Positions 49,959 to 59,219 of a stretch of 64,000 bases of DNA are shown here, piece after piece. The translations under genes were made by a program, and so were the position numbers. Within the stretch, counting starts at the first letter, position 1. Each line of letters begins with the position of its first letter. The notes under the pieces were generated by a model. That model was not told the origin of the DNA. It saw only the letters and a program-made list of their open reading frames with translations, and ran no database searches. Origin of the DNA: Armatimonadota bacterium (lineage in GTDB: Bacteria > Armatimonadota > UBA5829 > DTLH01); the NCBI GenBank assembly GCA_038207085.1, contig JBBRAE010000001.1, positions 1-64,000 on the forward strand, given 5' to 3'.

Positions 49959-51010
49959 TTCTTAGCGCCTCCCCATTCATCCTCTACCGCCTGCCGAAGT
50001 CCGGCAAACGGGGGATAGAAAACTCCTCGTTCGGTGATAATTGCAGTGATAAACTCCGCGGGAGTGACGTCAAACGACGGGTTCATCACAGGCACTCCAG
50101 TTGGAGCTACCCGGTGCCCATCAATGTGAGTCATCTCATCGCTTGAGCGTTCTTCAATAGCAATATTGTCGCCGTTTTCGATCGCTGTGTCAATTGTGGA
50201 GACCGGTGCGGCCACATAGAACGGCACGCCGTGAGCTTTTGCGACGACTGCGAGCGAGTATGTCCCGATCTTGTTTGCCGTGTCTCCGTTAGCGGCGATT
50301 CTGTCGGCTCCGACGACAACGCAGCTAACTTCATCGCGCCGCATAATCGATGCGGCCATATTGTCTGCAATAATTGTTACGTCGATGCCGTCCTGCGCGA
50401 GTTCCCAAGCCGTGAGCTTCATTCCCTGGAGCCTGGGTCGTGTCTCATCGGCGAGCACACGGATGTGTTTGCCCGATTCCACCGCGCCCCGAATAACCCC
50501 TAGCGCCGTGCCGTAGCCGACACACGCTAGCCCTCCGGCGTTGCAGTGGGTAAGAACCGTCCCACCATCAGGGATCAACTCGGCACCGAGGCGACCAAGC
50601 TCCCTGCAGATTGTTTCGTCCTCAGAGATCATCAATTGGGCAGTATGGGTAATATCGATCTTGATCTGCTTAACTGAGCGTCCGTCGGCGTGTCGGGCAA
50701 CATCGACGATGCGGTCTACAGCCCAGAAGAGATTGACAGCAGTCGGACGCGTCGACTTGATAACCTCGGCGACCTGAACGAGTTCGAGCAAGAACGCGTC
50801 TTTGTCTTCTGTTAGAATTGCAGACGCGCCAAGGGCAACCCCAAGCGCGGCTGTAACGCCGATGGCGGGCGCGCCGCGGACCTTCATCGTGCGGATTGCC
50901 TCGGCGACTTCGGTGTAACTCCCCATTTCGATGGTCTCGAAAGAGTGGGGGAGCTTGTTCTGATCTATGATGACGACTTTGCCGCAGTTGTAGTCGACTG
51001 TTCGAATCAT
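49955..51010 (-). CDS. mtnA: Methylthioribose-1-phosphate isomerase
   Basis: VRGAPAIG, RPTAVNL, THCNAG, DETRP, ANKIGTY. Confidence 0.96.
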   Translation of the reverse strand: MIRTVDYNCGKVVIIDQNKLPHSFETIEMGSYTEVAEAIRTMKVRGAPAIGVTAALGVALGASAILTEDKDAFLLELVQVAEVIKSTRPTAVNLFWAVDRIVDVARHADGRSVKQIKIDITHTAQLMISEDETICRELGRLGAELIPDGGTVLTHCNAGGLACVGYGTALGVIRGAVESGKHIRVLADETRPRLQGMKLTAWELAQDGIDVTIIADNMAASIMRRDEVSCVVVGADRIAANGDTANKIGTYSLAVVAKAHGVPFYVAAPVSTIDTAIENGDNIAIEERSSDEMTHIDGHRVAPTGVPVMNPSFDVTPAEFITAIITERGVFYPPFAGLRQAVEDEWGGAKK

Positions 51011-51807
51011 AGTCTGGCATGCTCAAGCGCAGTCGCGCATTTGCAGTCGCGCACGGGCGAGACCCGGCGAATTATCTCAAGCAGAACGTCGCGCACGCGG
51101 GAGTTGTTCTCCTTGAACACCTTCATGACCTCGTCAGAGCTAACAGGTTCGGTACCTTCAACGCCTACAAGGCCGGCGTCGTAATCTGTAACAAGCGCGA
51201 TGTTGACGTAGCATAGTTCTTGTTCGAGCGCGAGTATGCACTCCGGGTACTGGGTCATGCTGATCACTTCCCACCCCATGCTTGTGAACCACTTGCTTTC
51301 GGCTTTAGAGGAAAACCGGGGCCCCTGAATGACCAAGTTTGTGCCGCGTTCGTGGACCGTGATACCCTGTTCGCGAATCACATCGACCGCAAGGCTCCGA
51401 AGCACTGGACAATAAGGGTCAGCCGATGAGACGTGCACCGCAAACGGACCATCGTAGAAAGTGTCTTTGCGGCTGTTTGTCCGATCGACGAACTGATCGC
51501 TTACCACAAAGTCTCCGGGCTTGATGTGCGTCTGAAGGCTTCCAACGGCACTAGGACCGATGACCCGTGTCACGCCAAGCGACTTCATCGCCCAAATGTT
51601 TGCCCTATAAGGAATCATGTGTGGCGGGACCTGGTGTTCTCTGCCGTGCCTGGGTAAGAACGCCACTTTCCTACCGTCGACAGTGCCGATCGTAAGCGTG
51701 TCGCTCGGCGAACCGTAAGGGGTTTCAACTTTGATATCGACAGCGTTTTCAAGAAGCGAGTAGAAGCCGGAGCCTCCGAAGACGCCGATTTCAGCAATCT
51801 GTTCCAA
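51007..51807 (-). CDS. mtnP: 5'-methylthioadenosine phosphorylase
   Basis: GGSG, LPRHG, YRANIWA, QGPRFS, VTDYD. Confidence 0.93.
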   Translation of the reverse strand: MEQIAEIGVFGGSGFYSLLENAVDIKVETPYGSPSDTLTIGTVDGRKVAFLPRHGREHQVPPHMIPYRANIWAMKSLGVTRVIGPSAVGSLQTHIKPGDFVVSDQFVDRTNSRKDTFYDGPFAVHVSSADPYCPVLRSLAVDVIREQGITVHERGTNLVIQGPRFSSKAESKWFTSMGWEVISMTQYPECILALEQELCYVNIALVTDYDAGLVGVEGTEPVSSDEVMKVFKENNSRVRDVLLEIIRRVSPVRDCKCATALEHARL

Positions 51808-51839
51808 TAGAGAATCCTCCTCGACCCAAATACCCTGGC

Positions 51840-52571
51840 CTAATCCCCAGCAGCCAAGCGTTCCGACTGCAGTTTCTTCTTGCTTTTCTCAAGTGCTTCA
51901 AGCGCTGCCGCCTGTTCGGCCTGCTTCTTGCTCTTGCCGACCCCTTTGCCGAGTATCTCGCCTTCCAGCCTCGCCTCGACGAGAAACGTCTTGTCGTGGT
52001 CAGCGCCGTCTTCGCGGATTACGATATACCTGGGCGCCTTCTTGTGCTTGCTCTGGGTCATTTCCTGCAGAAGGGACTTGTAGTCTCTGATATGCTCCTG
52101 ACGCTCGATATCGACAAGAATCGACTCAAGCGCGCGCAGGCAGAATTCACGTGCGGCGTCGAGTCCGGCGTCGATGTACAGAACCGCGACAAGCGCCTCG
52201 AAGGTGTCAGATAGGATAGACAGCCTCGAACGTCCTCCAGAGGCTTCTTCGCCGGAGCTCATCAGGATAGCTGAATCCAGCCCAAGGGCCTTGGCTGCGT
52301 CGGCAAGCACCGGTTCGCTTACGGCGACGGCTTTTGCCTTTGCAAGTTCCCCTTCGGTGCGATCTGGATACTGTGTAAAAAGATAGGCGCAGACGACGAG
52401 CCCGAGTACCGCGTCACCGAGAAACTCGAGCCGCTCGTTGCTGTGCACCTCGATCGAAGCCTCTCCGAGGTACGACCGGTGCGTAAGTGATTGCTCCAGG
52501 AGGTCGAGATTGCCTATCTCGATATCGAGCATCGCTGCTATTTCCTGGAGCCGCTCAGTCTCAAGAACCAT
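51840..52571 (-). CDS. rnc: Ribonuclease III
   Basis: NERLEFLGDAVL, dsRBD DYKSLLQE...SKKQAEQ; GGAG RBS before ATG 52571. Confidence 0.97.
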   Translation of the reverse strand: MVLETERLQEIAAMLDIEIGNLDLLEQSLTHRSYLGEASIEVHSNERLEFLGDAVLGLVVCAYLFTQYPDRTEGELAKAKAVAVSEPVLADAAKALGLDSAILMSSGEEASGGRSRLSILSDTFEALVAVLYIDAGLDAAREFCLRALESILVDIERQEHIRDYKSLLQEMTQSKHKKAPRYIVIREDGADHDKTFLVEARLEGEILGKGVGKSKKQAEQAAALEALEKSKKKLQSERLAAGD

Positions 52572-52585
52572 ACTGCTCCACTTGG

Positions 52586-52650
52586 GCAAGAGGAGGGAGA
52601 GGAGAAAGTGGAAAGCCTGGCCCTCCACTCACTCCACTCACTTCTCTTGC
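52586..52650 (-). promoter_or_regulatory. 27-bp imperfect stem-loop directly upstream of rnc
   Basis: Arms 52586-52612 and 52624-52650: 22 Watson-Crick pairs plus 1 GU in the mRNA sense. Confidence 0.65.
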
Positions 52651-52659
52651 GCTCCTTTT

Positions 52660-52725
52660 GAAGTGCCGACTGCAGAACTCGGAGTGCAAAGAATATACCT
52701 CTCTGCACTCCTCACTCTGAACTCT
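52660..52725. repeat. Heptamer-repeat inverted element
   Basis: GAAGTGC CGACTGC AGAACTC GGAGTGC...GCACTCC TCACTCT GAACTCT. Confidence 0.55.
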
Positions 52726-53962
52726 AAATCTTCTTGATAACGATGGTTGCGTTGTGTCCGCCGAACCCGAGTGAGTTCGACATTGCGATGTTGAGGTCCG
52801 CCTTAACGGGTGTATTGGGCGTATAGTTCAGATCGCAATCGGGATCAGGGAATTCGTAGTTGATTGTCGGAGGAATGACTCCTTCGCGCAGTGCCAACAC
52901 ACAGGCGATGGCCTCAACCGCGCCCGCCGCCCCGAGAAGATGCCCGGTCATTGACTTGGTCGAGCTGATAGCGACCTGATATGCGTAGTCTCCAAAGACG
53001 TGCTTGATCGCCATTGTTTCAAACTTGTCGTTCAGTTTTGTGGAGGTGCCGTGAGCGTTGATATAGCTGACGTCTTCGGGCTTGATCCCTGCGTCGTCGA
53101 TTGCCAACTGCATGCATCTCGCTGCGCCCTCGCCCTCCGGGGCAGGGGAGGTGATGTGATAAGCATCGCCGTTTGCGCCGTAGCCGATAATCTCAGCAAG
53201 CATCGTAGCTCCGCGAGCCAGGGCTGACTCATACTCCTCAAGGATCATCACACCCGCGCCTTCACCCATCAGGAACCCGTCGCGCTCGTTATCGAACGGT
53301 CGGCTTGCCCTGAGCGGTTCATCGTTTCGGGTGGTAAACGCCTGAGCGCTGCAGAACCCTGCGCAGGATAGGGGGCAAATAGCCGCCTCAGTGCCACCGG
53401 CGAACATTGCGTCGGCGTCGCCCCGCTTGATGACTTCAAAAGCCTCACCGATCGCATTAGTTCCGGATGCGCACGCAGTCACAACGGACTCGTTCGGACC
53501 CTTGGCTCCAAATGCAATAGAGACTTGGCCGCTTGCCATATTCGCGATCAACATCGGCACGAAGAACGGGCTTACGCGTCCCGGTCCTTTTTCGAGCAGG
53601 TTCTTGTGCTGAGTCTCCCACGTATCGACTCCGCCAATGCCTGACCCAACGATCACACCGACTCGTGTCGCGTTTGACTCGTCTATTACAAGACCACTGT
53701 CCTGCATAGCCATCTTGGCGGCCGCCACGGCATACTGGACGAACGGGTCCATGCGCCTGGCTTCCTTGGGATCGATCCACTGGCCCAGATCGAAGTCCTT
53801 AAGCTCAGCGGCGATCTTGCAAGAGTGTCTGGACGCGTCAAACCGGGTGATAGGTCCAGCGCCGCTCTTGCCTTCCATAAGTCCGGCCCAAAAGTCCGCG
53901 ACGTTATTGCCTATGGGCGTAAGCGCGCCCATTCCCGTGATTACAACCCTACGTTCCTGCAT
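52724..53962 (-). CDS. fabF: 3-oxoacyl-ACP synthase II
   Basis: TACASG, NAHGTST, TKSMTGH, GFGGHN. Confidence 0.97.
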   Translation of the reverse strand: MQERRVVITGMGALTPIGNNVADFWAGLMEGKSGAGPITRFDASRHSCKIAAELKDFDLGQWIDPKEARRMDPFVQYAVAAAKMAMQDSGLVIDESNATRVGVIVGSGIGGVDTWETQHKNLLEKGPGRVSPFFVPMLIANMASGQVSIAFGAKGPNESVVTACASGTNAIGEAFEVIKRGDADAMFAGGTEAAICPLSCAGFCSAQAFTTRNDEPLRASRPFDNERDGFLMGEGAGVMILEEYESALARGATMLAEIIGYGANGDAYHITSPAPEGEGAARCMQLAIDDAGIKPEDVSYINAHGTSTKLNDKFETMAIKHVFGDYAYQVAISSTKSMTGHLLGAAGAVEAIACVLALREGVIPPTINYEFPDPDCDLNYTPNTPVKADLNIAMSNSLGFGGHNATIVIKKI

Positions 53963-54034
53963 TCGCACCTCTGTCAAATCGTGCGGGAATGTCGGGAAAC
54001 CGAAACTTCACTGGCTCCCCGATACTCCGCCATC

Positions 54035-54194
54035 CTAGCTCGCTCTATTTCAGAAAGAGAATAGAGCATTTTGCTAGCCCGCATTATTTACGAGTAGCGT
54101 GAATAATGCTCTGTTAGCGAAAGCTTTATTCGCCTCACGAATAAAGCGGGCTAGCCCGCACTATTCACGAAAATCGTGTCTCACACGGGCTAGC
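54035..54194. repeat. Tandem array of four palindromic units (CTAGCCCGC-NNTATT...AATANN-GC)
   Basis: Units of about 37-40 nt with internal hairpins between acpP and fabF. Confidence 0.7.
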
Positions 54195-54205
54195 GTATAA
54201 GTCTC

Positions 54206-54442
54206 TTACGCGCTCTTGCCGTCGATATAGCCGACTGCCGCCTCGACAGTCTTAATCTGCTCGGCATCCTCATCAGGGATCTCGATGTCGAACTCTTCTT
54301 CGAGACCCATAACGAGCTCTACGACGTCAAGGGAATCTGCGCCGAGATCATCTTCGAAAGATGCGGTCTCAGTGACCTGATCATCGTCGACCTTCAGCCG
54401 GTCAACGACTACCTTTTTAACTCGATCATAAGTTGTGGACAT
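54206..54442 (-). CDS. acpP: Acyl carrier protein
   Basis: [12 protein letters not shown]. Confidence 0.98.
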   Translation of the reverse strand: MSTTYDRVKKVVVDRLKVDDDQVTETASFEDDLGADSLDVVELVMGLEEEFDIEIPDEDAEQIKTVEAAVGYIDGKSA

Positions 54443-54453
54443 GTTTCACCTCC

Positions 54454-55203
54454 TCACATTACCATTCCGCCATCAATATTGATTACCTGGCCGGTGATGT
54501 AACTCGCTGCTTCGGAGCAAAGGAACAGGATGACTCTTGCGACGTCCTCCGGCGTTCCAAGCCGCAGCAGCGGAATACGCTGTTCAATTTCTTTCTTTGA
54601 GTTTTCGGGCATCTCCTGCGTCATAACCGTCTGGATGAACCCCGGAGCGACCGCGTTCACGTTGATACCGCGTGAGCCGAACTCTTTGGCGGTAGTCTTG
54701 GTGAGCGCAATGACTCCACCCTTGGAGGCCGAATAGTTGGCCTGCCCCGCGTTGCCCATTACGCCCATAACGGACGCAACGTTCACGATTTTGCCGGTCC
54801 GAGCTCGGAGCATATGCTTTGATACGCTCTTGGTGCAAAGGAAGGTGCCCTTCAAATTGGTATCGAGCACCGAGTCCCATTCCTGCTCGCTCATTCGGAG
54901 AATCAGGTTGTCTCTGGTGATGCCGGCATTGTTGACGAGTATATCAATTTTTCCAAACTTGTCAACAGCAGCGCTTACCATAGCGTCCACTGCGGCGGGG
55001 TCTGTGACGTTTGCGCTGAGCGCAAGCGCCTCACCACCGATAGCTTCAACTTCAGCTGCAACCGATTTCGCCGCGTCCTCAACGAAGTCGGCGATAACGA
55101 TCTTAGCACCCGCTTTAGCAAGTTCGAGAGCGATAGAACGACCGATGCCCTTGCCCTCTCTACCAGCGCCCGTGACGAGCGCGATCTGTCCTTGGAGATT
55201 CAC
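54454..55203 (-). CDS. fabG: 3-oxoacyl-ACP reductase
   Basis: NNAGITRD, YSASK, GGMVM. Confidence 0.96.
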   Translation of the reverse strand: MNLQGQIALVTGAGREGKGIGRSIALELAKAGAKIVIADFVEDAAKSVAAEVEAIGGEALALSANVTDPAAVDAMVSAAVDKFGKIDILVNNAGITRDNLILRMSEQEWDSVLDTNLKGTFLCTKSVSKHMLRARTGKIVNVASVMGVMGNAGQANYSASKGGVIALTKTTAKEFGSRGINVNAVAPGFIQTVMTQEMPENSKKEIEQRIPLLRLGTPEDVARVILFLCSEAASYITGQVINIDGGMVM

Positions 55204-55229
55204 CGATATTCAGTTCCTTCCGTGTAAAG

Positions 55230-56159
55230 TTAACGATAAGTAGCTAGAAACGCCTCAAGCGACGCCTTGTTGCCTACACTTGTGACGGGGACATCTACTG
55301 TCCTTGAGATGAGCCCCGCAAGCACGTTCCCAGGTCCTACCTCGACAAACGTCTCCGCGCCGTCCGCTGCGATCTTCTGAATCGACTCGACCCAGCGCAC
55401 GCTTCCGCTCACCTGCTCAGCAAGTGATTTGCGCACAGCATCTGCAGAGTTAACATAATCAGCAGTGACGTTCGCGACAATGGAAATTGCCGGGTCTGCT
55501 ATTGTAACACATTCAAGCTCAGCTCGCATAGCCTGACCGGCAGGCTTCATCAGCCTGGAGTGAAACGCCCCGCTCACCTTGAGCGGCAGAACCCGTTTTG
55601 CGCCCATTTCCTTTGCGATGCGACCCGCTTCGGCGACCGCATCCGGCTCGCCGGTGATTACCGTCTGAACCGGTGAGTTATAATTGGCTACGTCTACCAC
55701 CCCGGCTGACTGAGCAGCTTCGACAGCCTCACGAACCTGGTCAGAACTGAGGCCGATAATCGCAGCCATAGTCCCAAGCGTGCTCGACCCCACCTCGTGC
55801 ATAAGCTCGCCTCGCCTGCGCACAAGCTTGACGGCATCCGCAAACTGAAGCGCACCCGCGCAGACCAACGCGGCGTATTCGCCGACACTGTGTCCTGCAG
55901 CAAACTGAGGCGTAAAACCCTCAGCCTTGAGCACCTCAAGCGCTGCGATGCTGGCCGTAAGGAGCGCGGGCTGAGTGTTGATAGTGCGTGTGAGCTCGTC
56001 CTCAGGGCCTTCGAACATAGTCTTCGAAAACTCAAATCCCAGAGCCTGATCGGCAGTCTCAAACACCTTGCGGGCCGAGTCAAACGACTCAAAAAGCTCT
56101 CGGCCCATTCCGACCGACTGTGACCCCTGTCCGGGAAAGACAAACGCGAACTTCTTCAT
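55230..56159 (-). CDS. fabD: Malonyl-CoA:ACP transacylase
   Basis: FPGQGSQ, GHSVGE, SGAFHS. Confidence 0.97.
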   Translation of the reverse strand: MKKFAFVFPGQGSQSVGMGRELFESFDSARKVFETADQALGFEFSKTMFEGPEDELTRTINTQPALLTASIAALEVLKAEGFTPQFAAGHSVGEYAALVCAGALQFADAVKLVRRRGELMHEVGSSTLGTMAAIIGLSSDQVREAVEAAQSAGVVDVANYNSPVQTVITGEPDAVAEAGRIAKEMGAKRVLPLKVSGAFHSRLMKPAGQAMRAELECVTIADPAISIVANVTADYVNSADAVRKSLAEQVSGSVRWVESIQKIAADGAETFVEVGPGNVLAGLISRTVDVPVTSVGNKASLEAFLATYR

Positions 56160-57164
56160 CTAGGAGTCCATCCCCCATTTGATCACGCTTGCTGCCCAGG
56201 TGAGCCCTGCGCCGAATCCTACAAGCACAACGGTGTCGCCCTTCTTGATCCTGCCAGCCTTGACGGCCTCATCAATGGCAATCGGGATCGAGGCGGCAGA
56301 GGTGTTGCCGTATTTCTCGACGTTAGAGAACACTTTCTCAGGGGGAAGCTCAAGCCTGCGCGCGGCGGCGTCGATGATTCTAATATTAGCCTGGTGAGGT
56401 ATCAGAAGGTCGACGTCCGCGGTAGTCATCCCACACTTCTCAAGCGCCTCTATGGCAGCTTCGCCCATCACCTTAACTGCGAACTTGAAGACCTCACGGC
56501 CCTCCATACGAATAAAGTGACGTTTGTCGTCAATCGACTTATATGTAGACGGGTATTTGGACCCGCCGCCCTCCACAGTCAATGTCTCAGCGCCGGAGCC
56601 ATCGGAGCCAAGGACCGAGGCAAGAATGCCTTCGCCATCAGGCACAGCGACAAGCACAGCAGCCCCCGCGCCATCACCAAAGAGCACGCACGTCGCTCTG
56701 TCAGTGTAGTCGGTAACGGTGCTAAGCAGGTCGACCCCGATCACGAGGATCTTGCTATACATCCCCGACTCTATGAAGCTGCTTGCAGTAGTCAGTCCAT
56801 ATACAAACCCGGAGCACCCGGCAGCGAGATCAAACGCGGCGGCTTTGGTCGCGCCTAGCGCGTGCTGCACGATCGATGCCGTTGCGGGAAGAGGCATATC
56901 GCCCGTCACCGTAGCACAGATCACAAGCTCGATCTCATTGGCGTCGATCCCAGCGCTCTCAATGGCAGCCTGGCCCGCGCGAATAGCGAACTGTGAGGCA
57001 TACTCGCCTTCGGTTGCCTTGCGGCGCTCTTTGATCCCCGTGCGGCTAAATATCCACTCGTCGTTGGTGTCGACGATCTTTTCAAAGTATTCATTTGTAA
57101 GGACCAGGTCAGGAAGAGACGAACCAATCCCGGCGATACCAGCCCTTCTTTTGTCCATACACAT
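56160..57164 (-). CDS. fabH: 3-oxoacyl-ACP synthase III
   Basis: AGCSGF, HQANIRI, GNTSAAS. Confidence 0.97.
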   Translation of the reverse strand: MCMDKRRAGIAGIGSSLPDLVLTNEYFEKIVDTNDEWIFSRTGIKERRKATEGEYASQFAIRAGQAAIESAGIDANEIELVICATVTGDMPLPATASIVQHALGATKAAAFDLAAGCSGFVYGLTTASSFIESGMYSKILVIGVDLLSTVTDYTDRATCVLFGDGAGAAVLVAVPDGEGILASVLGSDGSGAETLTVEGGGSKYPSTYKSIDDKRHFIRMEGREVFKFAVKVMGEAAIEALEKCGMTTADVDLLIPHQANIRIIDAAARRLELPPEKVFSNVEKYGNTSAASIPIAIDEAVKAGRIKKGDTVVLVGFGAGLTWAASVIKWGMDS

Positions 57165-57197
57165 ATAATGAAATCCGGCTTTCTTACTTCCGTGTCT

Positions 57198-58202
57198 CTA
57201 GCCGCTAGCTACGGGGCTCTTTGTGAGGTTAGGAAGCGAAGTTTTAATGCAGTTGATGATGTCGTGGTCCACGGCCTCTTTTGCGGCTCGGATCGCGCTC
57301 ATTACGGCTTTTGCGTTTGACTTGCCGTGTCCGATGATCGAAACACCATTGACCCCAAGAAGCGGCGCTCCGCCGTATTCGGAGTAGTCAACGCGACGTT
57401 TTACACCCATAAGCACAGGTCTTGCCAGAAGACCAATCAACTTATGTTTACTAAACTCTTCTTTCAGCAGGCCTGTCAGGAAGTCGCCGAGACCTTCGCT
57501 CACCTTGAGCGCCACGTTTCCGACGAACCCATCGGCGATAATCACGTCGGCGAACCCGCTAAACAGGTCCCCACCTTCGCAGTTGCCGATAAAGTTAACA
57601 AGTTCAAGCTCGCGGAGTGCGGCGTGAGTGGTCTTGGTGACTTCGTTACCCTTGGAAGGCTCTTCGCCAATAGAGAGCAGCGCTACGCGAGGGTTGGATC
57701 TCTTAAGCACAAGCTCCGCGTACAGACTGCCCATAATGGCGAACTGCAGCAGGTTGTTAACCGTGCAGTCGGCGGTTGCACCGCCGTCGAGCATAACGGT
57801 GAACCCGTTGCGTCCAGGGAAAACCGTGGCGATACCGGGCCTCTCTATGCCGGGAATTCTCCCGAGTTTGAGAAGCGAGACGGCCATTGCAGCGGCAGTG
57901 TTGCCGACACTAAGCACCGCATCCGCCTCACCAGACCTAACCATAGACGTAGCCACCACGACAGATGCGTTCGGTTTTGTCCGTACGCTGTTGACGCAGT
58001 CATCCATGCTTATATAGTCCGGAGTATGGTGGATCTCAATCCTATCGGAATCGACCTGCTTTTTGGGCAGGTGGTCCTCTATAGCCTTCGCATCTCCGAC
58101 GAGGACAATCTGTATGTCGTATAACGACGCAGCCTCGACAGCTCCCTTTACTATTTCGGCAGGAGCAAAGTCGCCGCCCATGGCGTCTACGGCAATCCTC
58201 AT
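57198..58202 (-). CDS. plsX: Phosphate acyltransferase
   Basis: IAVDAMGGDFAP, DGFVGNVALK. Confidence 0.97.
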   Translation of the reverse strand: MRIAVDAMGGDFAPAEIVKGAVEAASLYDIQIVLVGDAKAIEDHLPKKQVDSDRIEIHHTPDYISMDDCVNSVRTKPNASVVVATSMVRSGEADAVLSVGNTAAAMAVSLLKLGRIPGIERPGIATVFPGRNGFTVMLDGGATADCTVNNLLQFAIMGSLYAELVLKRSNPRVALLSIGEEPSKGNEVTKTTHAALRELELVNFIGNCEGGDLFSGFADVIIADGFVGNVALKVSEGLGDFLTGLLKEEFSKHKLIGLLARPVLMGVKRRVDYSEYGGAPLLGVNGVSIIGHGKSNAKAVMSAIRAAKEAVDHDIINCIKTSLPNLTKSPVASG

Positions 58203-58227
58203 CCTTGCAGTACCCTCCTTGGGTAAT

Positions 58228-58318
58228 GGTGGCAGGTGCTGGGCGTTAGGTCTAAGAAGCGAATTATCAGCCGAGTTACGGCCAAGCTTCTAACACCCAA
58301 CACCCATCACCAGACACC
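58228..58318. repeat. Heptamer-repeat inverted element between rpmF and plsX
   Basis: GGTGGCA GGTGCTG GGCGTTA GGTCTAA...TAACACC CAACACC CATCACC AGACACC. Confidence 0.6.
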
Positions 58319-58396
58319 TCCGAAGAAAATGGTGGTTTGGGCCATTTCCTTCAAGCAAATAACGGCACGAAAATCGTGTCATGAGTTGCTCTCGGA

Positions 58397-58591
58397 TTAT
58401 TCTTCCGTCTTGCGTTCTTTCTTCTCGATAACGAGCCTGCCATTGTAGAACCCGCATGAAGGGCACGCGTGATGCGGCAGTCTCGGCGCATGGCAGCGCG
58501 GGCAGTCCACAACGTTCGGGACGGTCATTTTCCAGTTTGCCCTACGTTTGGCCTGTCTGGCCTTTGAATGTCTTCTTTTCGGCAGCGGCAT
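58397..58591 (-). CDS. rpmF: 50S ribosomal protein L32 (Zn-ribbon form)
   Basis: PKRRHS, CPRC...HHACPSCGFY. Confidence 0.96.
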   Translation of the reverse strand: MPLPKRRHSKARQAKRRANWKMTVPNVVDCPRCHAPRLPHHACPSCGFYNGRLVIEKKERKTEE

Positions 58592-58646
58592 CTAGTATGT
58601 CTCCTTATTAACAATCTAACGGAGATAATTGGGCTAAGCCCTTTGG

Positions 58647-59198
58647 TTACTCCGTCGTGTCGGCTTCGTCGCCTGTCTTCTCCAAAAGTCCCTGGAGCGC
58701 GGTAAATGGCGAAGCTTCCACATCCACGGGGCACTCGCACGCCCCCTCGTTCAGGTTTTGGCCGCAATGCGTGCACAGCCCCTTGCAGACATCGCTGCAA
58801 AGAGGCCGGATCGGCGTTTCGACCAGAACCGATTGCCTGATAAACTCAGACAAATCGAATATGTTGTTCTTAAACAGGGGCTCGATCTCTTCTTCGGTAA
58901 TCTCTTCCTCGTGTCCAGCAAGCATAGCCTGGAGATTGGTGATGGGGAATTGCTCCTCCATCTTCACCTCTACTGGCACCGTAGACTTGCCCAGGCACCT
59001 GGAACACTCAAGTTCCACAACGGTCTTAAACTTCCCGCGAGCGAGAATCAGGCTCCCCGTATTTGTAAAGTCCGCACCTCCGACAATCGGATCGATGCAG
59101 TGCAGCTCAGAGTATTCCTCGTCATTGCACTTTTCCTTGATATCGTAATGATACGACTTACCGATATTTGCTGCAAGTTCGGACAGATCAATTTTCAT
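58647..59198 (-). CDS. yceD: YceD/DUF177 protein
   Basis: CSRCL, CSDVCKGLCTHCGQNLN. Confidence 0.92.
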   Translation of the reverse strand: MKIDLSELAANIGKSYHYDIKEKCNDEEYSELHCIDPIVGGADFTNTGSLILARGKFKTVVELECSRCLGKSTVPVEVKMEEQFPITNLQAMLAGHEEEITEEEIEPLFKNNIFDLSEFIRQSVLVETPIRPLCSDVCKGLCTHCGQNLNEGACECPVDVEASPFTALQGLLEKTGDEADTTE

Positions 59199-59219
59199 TA
59201 TGTTACCTTGGCCGTGAGG

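Noticed and set aside
54035..54194. CRISPR array
   Set aside because: The units are degenerate self-palindromes without unique spacers, and no cas genes are present.
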